A DNA stretch of 64,000 nt from Mustelus asterias (Eukaryota): NCBI RefSeq assembly GCF_964213995.1, contig NC_135818.1, forward strand, positions 68,262,001-68,326,000, given 5' to 3'. The notes below the pieces were generated by a model that was not told the origin of the DNA, searched no databases, and saw only the letters and a program-made list of their open reading frames with translations. The number at the start of each line of letters is the position of its first letter. Within the stretch, counting starts at the first letter, position 1. Below are positions 1 to 13,098 of the stretch, in pieces. A program made the position numbers and the translations under genes.

Positions 1-599
1 CTAACCACTGTGCCGCCGTGCCACCCCACCATGACGTGCCGTCTCTTTTGCAAATCTTATAACCAGAAATGTGAAGACCTCAGCCCCATCCATGTGTTAT
101 AATTGACATATCAATTGATGTTATGAGCCAAGTTTCACAGAAGATCACATCCTACCCGACAATGTTGTGTAACTTCACACCACATGGGGTGGGGTGGGGT
201 GGAGTGGAGGGAAGAACAAGCTTTTCTTTTAGCTCGGAGGAAAACAGTATCTTGTACAAATCTTGGCTAAATCCAACTTAGAGGAGCAGTTGTCAGAGAC
301 AGACAAGCACACATGTATACACAGGCAGAAGGAACAGCTGCCTGGACTCAGAATGGTTTTCAGGCACATTTAAGGCAACAATAATGTTGAACTGAAAACT
401 GTAAATTTGCAGGATTCTATTTCAAATCAATGTGTCCCTTTCCTTATTGGATTAAAGAAAGAAACTCACAAAGCCAGCTGCTTGCAGATTTATTAAGAGG
501 ACTTCAAAATTCACAAAAGAATGAATAGAGGTTTGTTTAAAAACAACACATTTGCAGATTTTAATCCAGCTGATACATCTTCACTTGTATATCTTCAAT

Positions 600-885
600 T
601 ACTAGGGGGCACAGGTTTAAGGTGCGAGGGGCAAGGTTTAAAGGAGATGTACGAGGCAAGTTTTTTACACAGAGGGTGGTGGGTGCCTGGAACTCGCTCC
701 TGGGGGAGGTGGTGAAAGCAGATACAATAGTGAATTTTAAGGGGCATCTGGACAAATACATGAATAGGATGGGAATAGAGGGATATGGTCCCCGGAAGGG
801 TAGGGTGTAGTCGGGCAGCATGGTCAGTGCAGGCTTGGAGGGCCGAAGGACCTGTTTATGTGCTGTAGTTTTCTTTGTTCTTTGA
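600..885 (+). mobile_element. CR1/HER1 LINE 3' fragment
   Basis: RGARFKGDVRGKFFTQRVVGAWNSL C-terminal motif plus 3' UTR. Confidence 0.9.
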
Positions 886-1083
886 TGAAACAAAGGCAAT
901 AATCACTAAAAGGGAAGAATGCTAGATAACATGATGGTACAGCACATTGGGGTATAAATAAATGGTACTACAGAATGGTTAGCGAACATTCATTGATGCC
1001 TGTTTATCATTGCAACAGCGTGTTGAAAACCTGATTGTTGGTTTATCTGCTGCTCTGCCTTTATTTCTGGTCTAAAATCCTTT

Positions 1084-1208
1084 GGGTGGAATTTTCACGT
1101 CCAGCCTGCCACGGCAATCATAGCGGGCAGGACAGGACCATGCAAAAGTCCATTGGCCGCGGGCAGGATTTTCCTCTCTTGGGGCGAACACGGCCGTAAA
1201 ATCCCGCC
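1084..1208. mobile_element. Short MITE-like element with imperfect terminal inverted repeats
   Basis: GGGTGGAATTTTCAC ... GTAAAATCCCGCC; related GC-rich insert at about 13950-14070. Confidence 0.45.
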
Positions 1209-1519
1209 TTTGTCTTTCCTTTAAAATAGGAAGCAATTGGAATTCATTTTTCTTTGCTTTCTGTGCTTTTTCTCTTAACCAAACTAATCAATTTTTTTTC
1301 AGATGAATTATGAAGAACTCGCTAGCCCAATCATTTTAACTGGAATTCTATCAAAAGCCTGACAGGTGACAAAGGCAAATGACACATAATTCATGAAAAT
1401 GTTCGATTGGAACCCAAAGGCTGGTTGGAAAGATAATAAGAGCATCATTGGAATAGCCATCACAAAGGGAAAACACAATCAAAGCAGATATGATTTCAAC
1501 CATTGTTGAAACATTGTTT

Positions 1520-2305
1520 TCCAGATTTTAATCCGGACAAATGTGAGGGAATGAATTTTGGAAGGTCCAATGCATGTAGGATTTATACAGTAAATGGTAG
1601 AACCCTTAGGAGTATTGACAGGCAGAGAGATCTGGACGTACATGTCCACCGATCACTGAAAGTGGCAACGCAGGTGGATAAGATGGTCAAGAGGGCATAC
1701 ATACAGCATGCTTGCCATCATCGGTTGAGGCATTGAGTATAAATATTGGCAGGTCATGCTGCAGCTGTACAGAACCTTAGTTAGGCTTCATTTGAAATAT
1801 TGCGTACAATTCTGGTCGCCACACTACCAGGAAGATGTGGATGCTTTGGAGAGGGTACAGAAGAGGTTTACCAGGATGTTGCCTGGTCTGGAGGGTATTA
1901 GCTATGAGGAGAGGTTGGATAAACTCTGTTTGTTCTCACTGGAACAACGGAGGTTGAGGGTTGATCTGATAGAGATTTACAAGATTATGAGAGGCATGGA
2001 CAGAGTGGATAGTCAGATGCTCTTTCCTAGGGTAGAAAAGTCAAGTATTAGGGGACATAGGTTTAAGGTGCGTGGGGAAAAGTTTACAGGAGGTGTGTGA
2101 GGCAAGTTTTTTACACAGAGGGTGGTGAATATCTGGAATGCGCTGCTCGGGGAGGTGGTGGGAGGCGATAATGGCATATAAGGGGCATCTAGATAAATAA
2201 ATGAAAGAATGGGAATGGAAGGATATGGACTCCGTAAGGCATCATGATCGGCACAGGCTTGGAGGGCCGAAGGGCCTGTTCCTGTGCTGTACTGTTCTTT
2301 GTTCA
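1520..2305 (+). mobile_element. CR1/HER1 LINE, 5'-truncated
   Basis: LYRTLVRLHLKYCVQFWSPHY...LERVQKRFTRMLPGL motif. Confidence 0.93.
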
Positions 2306-2454
2306 AGACGCAGTTACAGGGTCTGGTAGAAGCAGAAAAGCAACAAAAGAAACCGGCAATGCCTGCGAGAATATTGGCTACTTTATTGACATAAAAAGAA
2401 GACTCGGGAATGTTAAACAACAACTGAACCAGGAAAAGGCACCAAGAGACTCTT

Positions 2455-2820
2455 CAATAAAAGCAAAATATTGCTGGAATCTGAAACAAAAACAGAGAAA
2501 GCTGGGAAAACTCAACAGGTCTGACAGCATTCATAAGGAGAGAAAACAGAGTTAATGTTCCAAATCTGCCTAACCCTTCTTCAGAACTAAAGAGGGGGAA
2601 AATGTGCTGGATTATATCCTGTATAAGAGGTGGAACAGCTGGAACAGTGATTAGTGAGAGCTGGGAGCAACTGCAATGTGGCAAACTTAAGAACAAATGA
2701 CAAGTGGCCCTGTGGGGGAGGGGGAGGGAGGGTTTTGCATAGGATAAAGAAAAGAGTAAGATGGAGGAGAAAGGTCACAGCCTAAAATTGTTCAACTCAA
2801 TGTTGAGTCCAGAAGGCTTT
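2455..2820 (-). mobile_element. Penelope-like element 3' end
   Basis: Minus strand encodes PSGLNIELNNFR (resembles the vertebrate Penelope ORF C-terminus), then a pyrimidine-rich UTR, a degenerate hammerhead and the family tail. Confidence 0.65.
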
Positions 2821-3224
2821 AAAATACCTAATGGGAAGAAACCCTTAAAGATCATCTTAGCTGTATAATTTGTCAAACTGACTTGGAGTGTATCATTTGT
2901 TGAAGAGTAGCGAGCTTGGCATTAAATATTTTAAGTGTTCATAAAATATTTAAAATGTTTGCTGTTAACAACTTCTAGTGAACCATTGGATTTGATTACT
3001 GTGAATGATTGGAAGAGAGTTTCCATAGCCATCTCTGAACATGGAAAGAGGAAAAACAACAAAAACGAACATTAAAAAATAGGCCCTGCAAAGGTAAAGC
3101 CTACAGTTTTCTACAATTGCAAAATAATAATCACTAAGTAAGAAATAAGCAGATGTAAACTGCACTAGGCATTGTTATTGAATTCACAAAGTATATTTAT
3201 GTTGAATAATATAATGAAATTAAA

Positions 3225-3945
3225 CATATAGAGGGATCTGGGCGTGCTGGTCCATAGTTCCCTATAAGTGGCAACAAAGGTGGCCAAGGTGATTAAGGAG
3301 GCATATGGCACGCTTGCCTTCATCAGCCAGGACATTGAGTACAAGAGTTGGGAAATCATGTTGCAGCTATATAAAACCTTGGGTAGGCCGCATTTGGAGT
3401 ATTGCGTGCATTTCTGGTCACCACACTGCCAGAAGAACGTGGAAGCTTTGGAGAGAGTGCAAAGAAGGTTCATCAGGATGTTGCCTGGTCTTGAGGGTGT
3501 TGACTATGAGGAGAGTTTGAATAAACTAGGATTGTTTTCACTGGAAAGACAGAGGCTGAGGGGAGATCTGATAGAGGTCGACAAAATTATGAGGCATAGA
3601 CGGGGTGGATAGTCAGAGGCTTTTTCCCAGGGTGGAAGTGTCAATTATGAGGGGGCACGGGTTCAAGGTAAGAGGGGGAAAGTTTAAGGGAGATGTGCAG
3701 GGAAAGTTTTTCACGCAGAGAGTGGTGGGTGCCTGGAACGCGCTGCCAGAGGAGGTGGTGGAAGCAGGCACATTAGCAACATTTAAGATCTGGTTGGGTA
3801 CATGAATAGGGAGGGATTGGAGGGTTACGGACCGACTAGGGGCAGAAGGTTTTTTTTGGTAGTGTGGTTAGGGCATCATGATCGGCACAAGCTTGGTGTG
3901 CCGAAGGGCTTTTTCCTGTGCTGTACTTTTCTTTGTTCTATTATA
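3225..3945 (+). mobile_element. CR1/HER1 LINE, 5'-truncated
   Basis: LYKTLGRPHLEYCVHFWSPH motif; absent from the paralogous proximal copy. Confidence 0.93.
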
Positions 3946-5277
3946 CAAGGATTTAGGATTGGCAAGATATTGGAATTTATTAAAATATTGTAAATCGTTT
4001 ATAAATGTAGTTGTTGGTGTGAGAAAATGTTTTTCAAAACACTTGCATCTTAATTCAATATTTCTTTGACCTGTTTACAGCTTGAAATAACTAGTTGGTT
4101 TATTGCATTTTGTGTTGTCAATGAGTAGTTTTTAAATCTGGATTTCCTGGTTTTCTGTTGCCTAATTCTATTTGCAGCTGCACTGTAAACTGTCTAAGTA
4201 CACACCAGACAGTCAAGTTTCAGACAACTCATTATCTCTAAAAAATTGAATTGTAGAATTAACCAGTAAAAGCACAGACACATCCCAGAAGTGTTTATCA
4301 GTTCATTATGTCACCTCACCTCCTGACTGCACAGAAAATGACTCATTCAGTAGCTCACCCCGTAGGTGTCAAATAAACACACACATTCAACTCCAAAAAT
4401 GCAACTGTATTTGATAAATAAGGACTTGGAGACTATTTTAGGGACCGTCACATCTAATCTCCAGTGTGCACATGCAAAAAGCGTCACTGAGCGCAATTAA
4501 TCATTTTTACGTCATTTGCTTCCTTGGCAAAGGGGAACAAGATAGCAAAGGACTCTTGTTTCGAGCAACGTTCTTTACTATCGTTGTTTTTTTTAAAACA
4601 TTAAGCATTCGGGTGCTCTGGTTTCCTTCCACAGTCCAAAAGACATGCCGGTCACGTGCATTGGCTAAATTCTCCCTCAGTGTACCTGAACAGGTGCTGG
4701 AGTGCGGCGACTAAGGGATTTTCACAGTAACTTTATTGCAGTGTTAGTGTGAGCCTACTTGTGACACTAATAAATAAACTTACGGAAGCTGAGTTTAAAA
4801 TTGAGATATTTAATTTGTTTCTGTTAGCAATTTTTAATGCATAGAGAAATTAAAATCCAAACTCCAGTAAATACAACCAACATTAAAGTATTGCAATTGT
4901 TTCAGGAGGCCCTTACAAGCACGGCAATGCATTGCTGCTTTAGGTAAAAAGGAGACACAGAAAGTAGTAAGAGTTTTTAATAGTTTCAAATTATGTTATA
5001 ATTCGGTGGCAACACCGAACATTGCAGAAAGAGTTAAGTTCTGGTTTTAATTTATACAAAAGCAAAATGCTGCAGAGGCTGAAATAAAATTCCCCAAAAA
5101 TGCTGAAGTTCATAGCAGGTTAGGCTGCATCCTCTGTGGAGAGGATAACATTAACATTTCACTTCAATTCCAGGCTCTCTTCTCCAAAGGTCATTAGTGA
5201 ACTAGTTGGGTTTTTACAGCAGCTTTCTTGCTCAATTCTTTCTGGTAGAAACACTCTTATAATCTGATACAAAGTCA

Positions 5278-5370
5278 CCCCTGATGAAGGGTTATCCAGA
5301 CTGGAAACGTTGGCTCTATTCTCTCTTCACAGATGCTGTCAGACCTGCTGAGGTTTTCCAGCGTTTTTGT
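5278..5370 (+). mobile_element. Penelope-like tail fragment with degenerate hammerhead core
   Basis: CTGATGAAGGGTTATCCAGACTGGAAACGTT followed by ACAGATGCTGTCAGACCTGCTGAG. Related fragments at about 5057-5160, 22455-22595, 30115-30200 and 34245-34350. Confidence 0.55.
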
Positions 5371-5467
5371 TATAATCTGGTGTATTGGATTCAGTTTCAG
5401 TACCTGCCATGTCGCGACTGACACCCTGACCTCTTAGGTCCAGTACTATAACCACTAGACTACTTGT

Positions 5468-5738
5468 GGGCGGCACAGTGGTTAGCACTACTGCCTCACA
5501 GCGCCAGGGACCCGGCTTTGATTCCCAGCTGGATCACTGTCTGTGCGGAGTTTGCACGTTCTCCCTGTGTCCGCGTTGATTTTTTCCGGGTGCTCCGGTT
5601 TCCTCCCACAGTCTGAAAGACGTGCTGGTTAGGTGCGTTGACCTGAACAGGCACCGGAATGTGGCTACTCGGGCAATTTCACAGTAACTTGCATGGTTAG
5701 TGTAAGCCTTACTTGTGACTAATAAATAAACTTTAACT
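5468..5738 (+). mobile_element. V-SINE, alternative-tail subfamily
   Basis: tRNA head and V-domain with tail TTCACAGTAAC..CTTGTGACTAATAAATAAACTTT; partial copy at 4608-4781. Confidence 0.88.
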
Positions 5739-6249
5739 ATAGTTACGGTATTCAGAAGGCCTTTATTTGAGCCATGACAAGTTACCACTTTCATCTGCTG
5801 AAGGCCACGAGGTTTAGAGAATTTTGAACAAATTTTGACTGCAACAGGTTTTGAACCTGCAACAGAATTTTGAACAATTTTGACTGCAACAGGTTTTCTT
5901 GATTTGTAAGTCAAACACATGAACTCCATACAGACATTATGTAGCGTAAGCAATAAACAATCTCAATACAAAACAATGCTGAATGTTTATATATTATTCA
6001 ATCTTAGAAATACAGCATATAATCAGTAAAGTACTCACAACTACCATCTACTCCCTTACACCATGCCTCCTCTCCCAGTTAAAACCTTGATTATTTTTAA
6101 TTCTTTCAAGGGATGTGAGCATTGCTGGCAAGGCCAGCAATTGTTGCTAATCTCTAAATGCCCTTGATATAAAATCATAGCCAGATTAAGAAAGACTGAG
6201 CTGACCTTATATTGCAATTGCTTTATTTCATGTAATAGAAATAATATAG

Positions 6250-8515
6250 ATATAGAATCTTCAGGCGAGACAGGGGAGGAGGTGAAAGAGGAGAAGGTAT
6301 TGCGTTATTAGTGAAGGAGTCAGTTGCTGCAGTAATTAGAGATGATATCTTGGAGGGGGCATTAAATGAAGATTTGTGGGTAGAGTTTAGGAATAAAATA
6401 GGGGCAGCCACATTGTTAGGTGTTTATTATAGGCCCCCTGATAGTCAGAGGGATATTGAGGAGCAAAATATGTGCTCAGTTTGTAGAGGTGTGTAAAAAC
6501 AATAACAATAGGATTATTATATTAGGTGATTTCAACTTTCCCAACATTAACTGGGATATATGTAGTGTTAAGAGGAGCAAATCAGTGGAGGCATTAGTGA
6601 GGTATGGAAAGTGCAGGGTGGAGCTTAAGAAAGCAATGAGGAATGCAAAGAAGGGATGTGAGAAAGCTCTGGCTGGTAAAAGCAAGGAAAATCCCAAGAT
6701 ATTCTAAGTATATCAATGGGAAGAGGATAACCAGAGAAAAAGGAGGGCCCATTAGGGACCAAGGGGGCAACCTGTGGATGGAGCCAGAGGGCATTGGCAG
6801 AGTGTTGAATGAATACTTCACATCTGTCTTCACCCAAGAGAATGAGGATGATGGTATGGAACTCAAGGAGACCATGAGGTGCTTGAGCAACTTGACGTAG
6901 AGAAGAACAAGGCATTGGAGGTGTTGGCAGCCTTAAAAGTGGATAAACCTCCAGGTCCAGATGAATTGTACCCTTGGCTGCTGTGGGAGGCAAGGGAGGA
7001 GATTGCAGGGGCTCTGATCCAAAGTTTCAAATTCCTCTCAGGCCACAGGAGAGGTGCCAGACGACTGGAGAACAGCTAATGTGGCTCTGCTATTTAAGAA
7101 GAGTTGTAGAAATAAACCAGGGAACTACAGACCAGTGAGTCTCACATCAGTGGTCGGGAAACTATTAGAGAAACTTCTGAAGGAGAGCATCTATCTCCAC
7201 TTGGAGAGGCAAAGCTCGATCAGGGATAGCCAGCTTGGCTTCGTCAGAGGGAGGTCATGCTTAACAAATTTGATTGAATTTTTTGAGGCGGTGACCAGGT
7301 GTGTAGTCGAGGGTAGTGCAGTCGATGTAGTTTATATGAATTTCAGCAAGGCCTTTGATAAGGTCCCACATGGGAAACTTGTAAAGAAGATAAATTCACA
7401 CAGAATACAGGGTAATTTGATAAACTAGATTCAAAATTGGCTCGGTTGTAGGAGGCAGAGGGTGATGACAGAAGGCTGCTTTCATGACTGGAAGCCAGTG
7501 TCCAATGGTGTACCACAGGGATCCGTGCTGGGCCCCCTATTATTCATCATTTATATAAATGACATTGATGACTATTTGTGGGGGGGGCAGGATTAGTAGG
7601 TTTGCGGATGACAAAGATTGGATGGGTCGTTAACAGTGAGGTGGAGTGTCTTGGGCTATAAGAAAATAGAGACGGAATGGGCAGATAAGTGGCAGATGGA
7701 ATTTAACCCTGAAAAGTGACGTGATACATTTTGGAAGGAGTAATTTGACAAGAAAATATTCAATGAATGGTAGGACACTGGGAAGTTCTGTGGAACAAAC
7801 GGACCATGGCGTGTTTGTCCAGAGATCTCTGCAAGTGGAAGTGCATGTTATTAGGGTGGTGAAAAAAGCACATGGGACACTTGCTCTTATCAAGCGAGGC
7901 ATAAATTACAAAAGCAGGGAGGTCGTGTTCGAGTTGTATAGAACTTTGGTGAGGCCTCAACTAGAGTACTGTGTGCAGTTCTGGTCACTACATTATCAGA
8001 AAGATGGGATTGGACTGGAGGGGGTGCAGAGGAGATCACCAGGGTGCTGCCTGGGATGGAACATTTAAGTTATGAAGAGAGATTGGATAGGCTTGGGTTG
8101 TTTTCATTGGAGCAGAGAAGACTGAGGGGCAATCTGATCGAGGTATACAAGATTATGAGAGACATGGACAGAGTGGATAAGGAGCAGTTGTTCCCCTTAG
8201 TTGAAGGGTCAGTCACGAGAGGACATATGTTCAAGGTGAGGGGCAGGAGGTTTAGGGGGGGATGTGAGGAAAAGGTCATTTTCCCAGAGGGTGGTGAGGG
8301 TCTGGAATGTGCTGTCTGGGAGGGTGGTAGAGGCGGGTCGTAAAGGCGGGTTGCTTCGCATCCTTTAAATCGGGATGAGCACTTGGCACATCAACATTCA
8401 AGGCTATGGGCCAAGTGCTGGCCGATGGGATTAGGTGGGAGCTCAGGTATTTCTAATATGTCAGTGTGAACTCAATGGGCTAAAGGGCCTCTTCTGCGTT
8501 GTGAGATTTTATGAA
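6250..8515 (+). mobile_element. CR1 LINE, large decayed copy (endonuclease fragment plus RT)
   Basis: GVYYRPP, IILGDFNFPNINW, PGNYRPVSLTSVVGKLLE and FSKAFDKVPH, with frameshifts and an internal deletion. Confidence 0.95.
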
Positions 8516-8568
8516 TTCCATTTTATACAGGTTCCCTGCTATGATCTTCTCAAAATGAAATTAATGGG

Positions 8569-8588
8569 TTAAAATGCAAATTCAAAGA
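8569..8588 (-). other. Duplicated ATXN3 terminal exon copy (VFEFAF-stop); alternative last exon or pseudo-exon
   Basis: TTCTTGTGTCAG|TC TTT GAA TTT GCA TTT TAA, paralogous to 16197-16216. Confidence 0.4.
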
Positions 8589-8710
8589 CTGACACAAGAA
8601 TCAACAGAACAATTTAATATATATATGAATTAATGTTAAAGCCACTAAGCAGCATTTAAATACCAAAACACGGTCAACATTTGAACAAAAACAATTCTGT
8701 TGACTATTAT

Positions 8711-9001
8711 TCATAGAATCATAGAACCTCTACAATGCAGGAGGGGGCCATTCGGCCCATCAAGTCTGCAACGACAACTATTCCACCCAGGCCCTATCCT
8801 CCTGACACTAAGGGGCAATTTAACATGGCCAATCAACCTAACCCGCACATCTTTGGATTGTGGGAGAAAACTGGAGCACCCGAAGGAAATCCACGCAGAA
8901 TGTGCAAACTCCACACAAGACAGTCACCCAAGGCCGGAATTGAACCCGGGTCCCTGGCGTTGTGAGGCAGCAGTGCTAACTATTGTGCCACCGTGCTGCC
9001 C
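8711..9001 (-). mobile_element. HE1-type V-SINE
   Basis: Reverse complement of the 11911-12263 family. Confidence 0.9.
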
Positions 9002-10029
9002 AATTATTAACTATACCCGTTAAACTATGAAATGCCTGACCACTAATCTGTTGCCAAAATATAACTTATTGCCTAAACCCCAAGGTTAATTTGGGTGCAA
9101 GATCTTTTAATTCTTCCCTGTAATTTACCTAATTAAGCTGTGCATGAAGAGGGCTCTTTAGAAGGCAAGGTGCTGCAATTCAGACCAGAAACACAAAATC
9201 GTAAACCACAAATGATCCAATGAGATAGATTCAAATGTTTTTTATAGTACAAGTGTATACATAACCTTGGCTCTCTCAAAACATGTGTACATTTCACATC
9301 TTGTCTGGAAGACAAGGGACGTGCAGTACAAGCAAAGCAGCATTGGGAGTACAGTTGTTATTGGAACATTACATTTTTTTAAAAATCAGCTTCCTTCCCG
9401 TTTTGAATTATCATTGGCACCAGCTTCTAATGACAGTGATACGTCAATTTGAGGCATTTCTCATTGTCATCAATTAATGTTGAGTTCCATATCAGCAAAT
9501 TGAAGTGAATGGCAGATAATGCACGTAATGGGCAGCAGATTAAAACCAGTCATTTTGTGAAACTGCCCAAAATAATCTTTGCCTCTTGGTTCTAAAAATG
9601 ATACTTTAAGTTAGCTGAAGAAAGAATGTCCTTATAAACTTGTATTACCCACTTTATTACATTTTTAGTCTTTGGTTCACATTTCTTGCTATATGTGTGA
9701 TATGTGATGTACACTATCCTAAAACACTTCTATCAGAAGATGAATCAGTACCAATCTCTTATAGATGCTTTGCATAAAAAAAAGTATGGACCCACACCTC
9801 TGATGTTCAGAAATTCTTTATGGACTGTATTCAAATAACATTATCAAAATCTTCACACACGCATGTGCACGCAATCTAAAATTCAACAGAAATAACAGCA
9901 AAACTTTGTCTTCAGGGTTAGTTTTTATCCGGAAACCCACTGTGCTACTTCACAGGCGGATAAAGCTTTGGGAAGTAACCCAAACAATTGACCCACCCTG
10001 AACAAGCAACAGCTGAGCCAATTCTTATA

Positions 10030-10215
10030 CACAGGATTTTATTAAAAAGGGATCACTTGCGGCACAAAAGCTTAATGGTTAGTTGGCATATAAAGAGACT
10101 GATTTTAAAGATACTACTGTTTATTCAAGAGGGCTAACATAAACAGATTAGGAACTTGTCTTCAGTGCTTCACCGCTGTGTTTGTCTCGTCAATTTGAAT
10201 GTTCTGGTTATAGGA
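10030..10215 (-). pseudogene. Degenerate duplicate of ATXN3 exon 10 and its downstream flank
   Basis: Aligns by eye to 19031-19200 (TATAACCAGAACATTC vs TACAATCAGAAATTTC; GCACTGAAGACAAGTT vs ACACCGAAGCCAAATT) but has in-frame TAA/TGA and lacks the GTATGT donor. Confidence 0.6.
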
Positions 10216-11910
10216 GGTTATGCTAAGCATTATATAAAAGGCCACAACTGAAGATCTGTGGATCACACTTTAGGAAGAATGTCAAGGTATCATAGAATCT
10301 CTACAGTGCAGAAAGAGGCCATTCTGCCCATTGAGCTGCACCAACAACAATCCCACCCAAGTCCTAACCCCATAACCTCATGTATTTACCCTGCTAATCT
10401 CGCGGGCACTAAGGGGCAATTTACCATGGCTAATCAACCTAACCCGCACATCTTTGGAAGTTTTTTTTCCAGCATTTATCTTGGAGAGGGTGCGGAGATT
10501 TGCAAGAATGAGGTCAGGGATTCAGAACTGCAGACTTGAACACAGTATTCAAGTATGGTCTAAGCCCTAGTTATAGGATCACTCCTTGTGCTGACTTCAT
10601 TTGGGGAATCTATTAAAATCTATTGGGTGCACTTGATTATCACACTCAGTTTATTCAATTAAAATGGTTTGCATGGTGTAGACTCAGTTCCTAACAGATA
10701 CGGGTCCACGGCAGAAAAGTGCTCCTACAATGGCATTAATTGGCAACTTTCACAGATGTTACACAGCTATGAAGGAATAGAGAATGGTGAAGAGAGCAGA
10801 AATTTGCAAAAGGACCGATAGTTTATGCAAGTAGACAAAATGATGATCGGTACAATTTAATGTTACGAATTGAAGTAAACCATGATCGTGACAATGGAAA
10901 ATAGAAATAAAATCCAAATGGTAAAATGCCGATGGCCGCAGAAATAGATGGATCAAAGGGATTTATGAACACAGGTATAGAAGTCATTAAAGCAGGTTGA
11001 CAAGCGCAGACACAATGAAAAGGGCCAACAGGATGTCAGGCATTATAAGAGCTATAAGATACTACAGCAATGAAGTATCACTGCGTTCATCAGACTTCCA
11101 GTATCTGGAAAAGTGTGGTCAGTTTTAGGCACCCAATTTTACAATCAACTGACTTCGAAAGAAGCACAGCGATGATTCATAGTGAAATCTGGGGTGGGGT
11201 GATGTAACCACGGAACTAGACAATGGACAATACTCTCTGGTATTTAGGACATAATCTAATTGAAGAATTTAAAATGCTGAAGAGAACTGGTGGAGTAGAA
11301 TAGGGGAATTCATAACAAAATATAGGCCCAGAATTTTATGTAACAGGGCATCAGTCTGCATGCAGTGTGAATTAGACTTGATCCTGTACCTTTTGGGTCA
11401 AAATCCGTTCACCACAAAGTTGCTAAAAGTGAGAGTTGATCACGGCGACTGCAAGACACTTGGGTATGACTGTTTATTTCCTTCACCAACGAGAACAAAA
11501 GATTGAGAAATTAAGTGAGGGTGGACTGAAAATTTCTCATCTCTGCTTTAAACAGAAAACATTAGCTTGGATTTTGCATCGAGAATAACGGTGAGCCTCA
11601 CCACACTCAGCATCATCATTCCGTAAATCAAACAGTAACATCCAAAGTGTGCACACGCAGAAAGCTGGAAGTTGCTGAGCAAGATGCTCTGTTCCCCTAT
11701 AGGTGGACCAAAACTGTATCTTGCCCAGAGACTCAGCATCGAAAGCTATGTAGGGATGTGAAGTTGTGCTACTTACCCACCAGCTACCCATTAAAGAGGC
11801 AGAAAAAGTTACGGTTGGTGTATTCTGCTGTAATTGAATTTTAATAGTGTGATAAATCTGCCAAACAACCTCTCTGACACAAAGTTTATAAATGTGGAGT
11901 CTCATTAATT

Positions 11911-12263
11911 GGGGGCGGCACGATAGCACAGTGGTTAGCACTGCTGCTTCACAGCTCCAGGCACCTGGGTTCGATTCCCGGCTTGGGTCACTGTCTGTGT
12001 GGAGTTTGCACATTCTTCTCGTGTCTGCGTGGGTTTCCTCCGGGTGCTCCGGTTTCCTCCCACAGTCCAAAGATGTGCGGGTTAGGTTGATTGGCCGTGC
12101 TAAAATTGCCCCTTAGTGTCTTGAGATGGGTAGGTTAGAGGGATTAGCGGGTAAATAAGTAGGGATATGGGGGTAGGGCCTGGGTGGGATTGTGGTCAGT
12201 GCAGACTCGATGGGCCGAATGGCCTCTTTCTACACTGTAGGGTTTCTATGATTTCTATGATTC
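11911..12263 (+). mobile_element. HE1-type tRNA-derived V-SINE, full length
   Basis: A/B boxes (GGTTCGATTCC), V-domain and CR1-like tail ending TTCTATGATTTCTATGA. Confidence 0.92.
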
Positions 12264-13098
12264 TTCCATAATTTAGGTCAAAAGAAATCAATGTACTAAT
12301 TAGCCTCAAACTAAAAGTGCCATGGTTAATACGCCAACATGTTAAGCCAATGCAGTTGAGATAAATACTGATTACCCATCATTACTACACTTGTACACCT
12401 TATGCCAACAGGCCAGCTGACAGGGTGAGGGGAACAGAGGAGCATTCTCTCCAGGTTCAGAACTATATGCTTCCTAAGACTCAGCTGTTCAGTTACAGCA
12501 CTTGTGGATAGAAAATAGCATTAATGTGTTAGTCTCTGATCCTTCAATAACAGGAAAAGCAGTTTAATGTGATTGGAAGAACCAAAGGCGACGCGAGGAA
12601 ACATTCTGCTTTTTAAAAAGAAAAATAAAGCAAGCTGTGATCTCAAATGCACAGTCTGAAAGGAAGCAGATTCAAAAGTAACATTCAAAAGAGAATTGAA
12701 TAAATGCTTGAAGAGAAAAATGAAGGCTATGGGAAATGAGCAAAGGGAGGGAATTAACGGTAATGCTCCACCAAGGAACTGGGACAGGCACAATACAGAA
12801 GGCTGTATCATTCTATGATTCTATGTAATAGGCAGAATTTTTAAGGCAGATGAAAGAGGCACGGCTGAACCAAAGTGTAGTTTAAAAGGTTAGACAGAAG
12901 TGGAAAAGCAGGCAAGAAATGTTGCAAGCCAGACTATCAGTTACTTCATTGGCACAGATGGAAGGTTCAGTCAGGAATGTGAAGCCACAGTTGGACCAGC
13001 AAAAGGCAGCAAGAAATTCCAAAAGATCTTTGCTGTTTGATTTATCGTGCAATTTGTCACAGGGTTTTCTGCAACAGATGGATACAAGACATATGTTT

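Larger units (their letters stand above)
2970..10230. repeat. Diverged tandem segmental duplication, distal copy (of about 13500-19230)
   Basis: Nine collinear unique-sequence blocks match the proximal copy, separated by copy-specific TE insertions. Confidence 0.85.

Noticed and set aside
400-560. Possible third copy of the duplicated unit (GCAGATTTATTAAGAGGA resembles 19031 and 10031)
   Set aside because: The match is too short and AT-rich to support without alignment and left-flank sequence.
1-2970. TRIP11 promoter or first exon expected by synteny
   Set aside because: No CpG island or matching peptide; probably outside the window.
2965-3060. Small coding exon shared by both duplicate copies (EPLDLITV on plus, MAMETLF on minus)
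   Set aside because: Stop codon or lost acceptor in the other copy, and no convincing codon-position bias in the substitutions.
5818-5897. Direct repeat of about 33 bp with a short spacer, superficially CRISPR-like
   Set aside because: Only two units in vertebrate DNA; a local slippage duplication.
11911-11990. tRNA genes
   Set aside because: The A/B boxes belong to SINE heads that continue into the V-domain; no cloverleaf.
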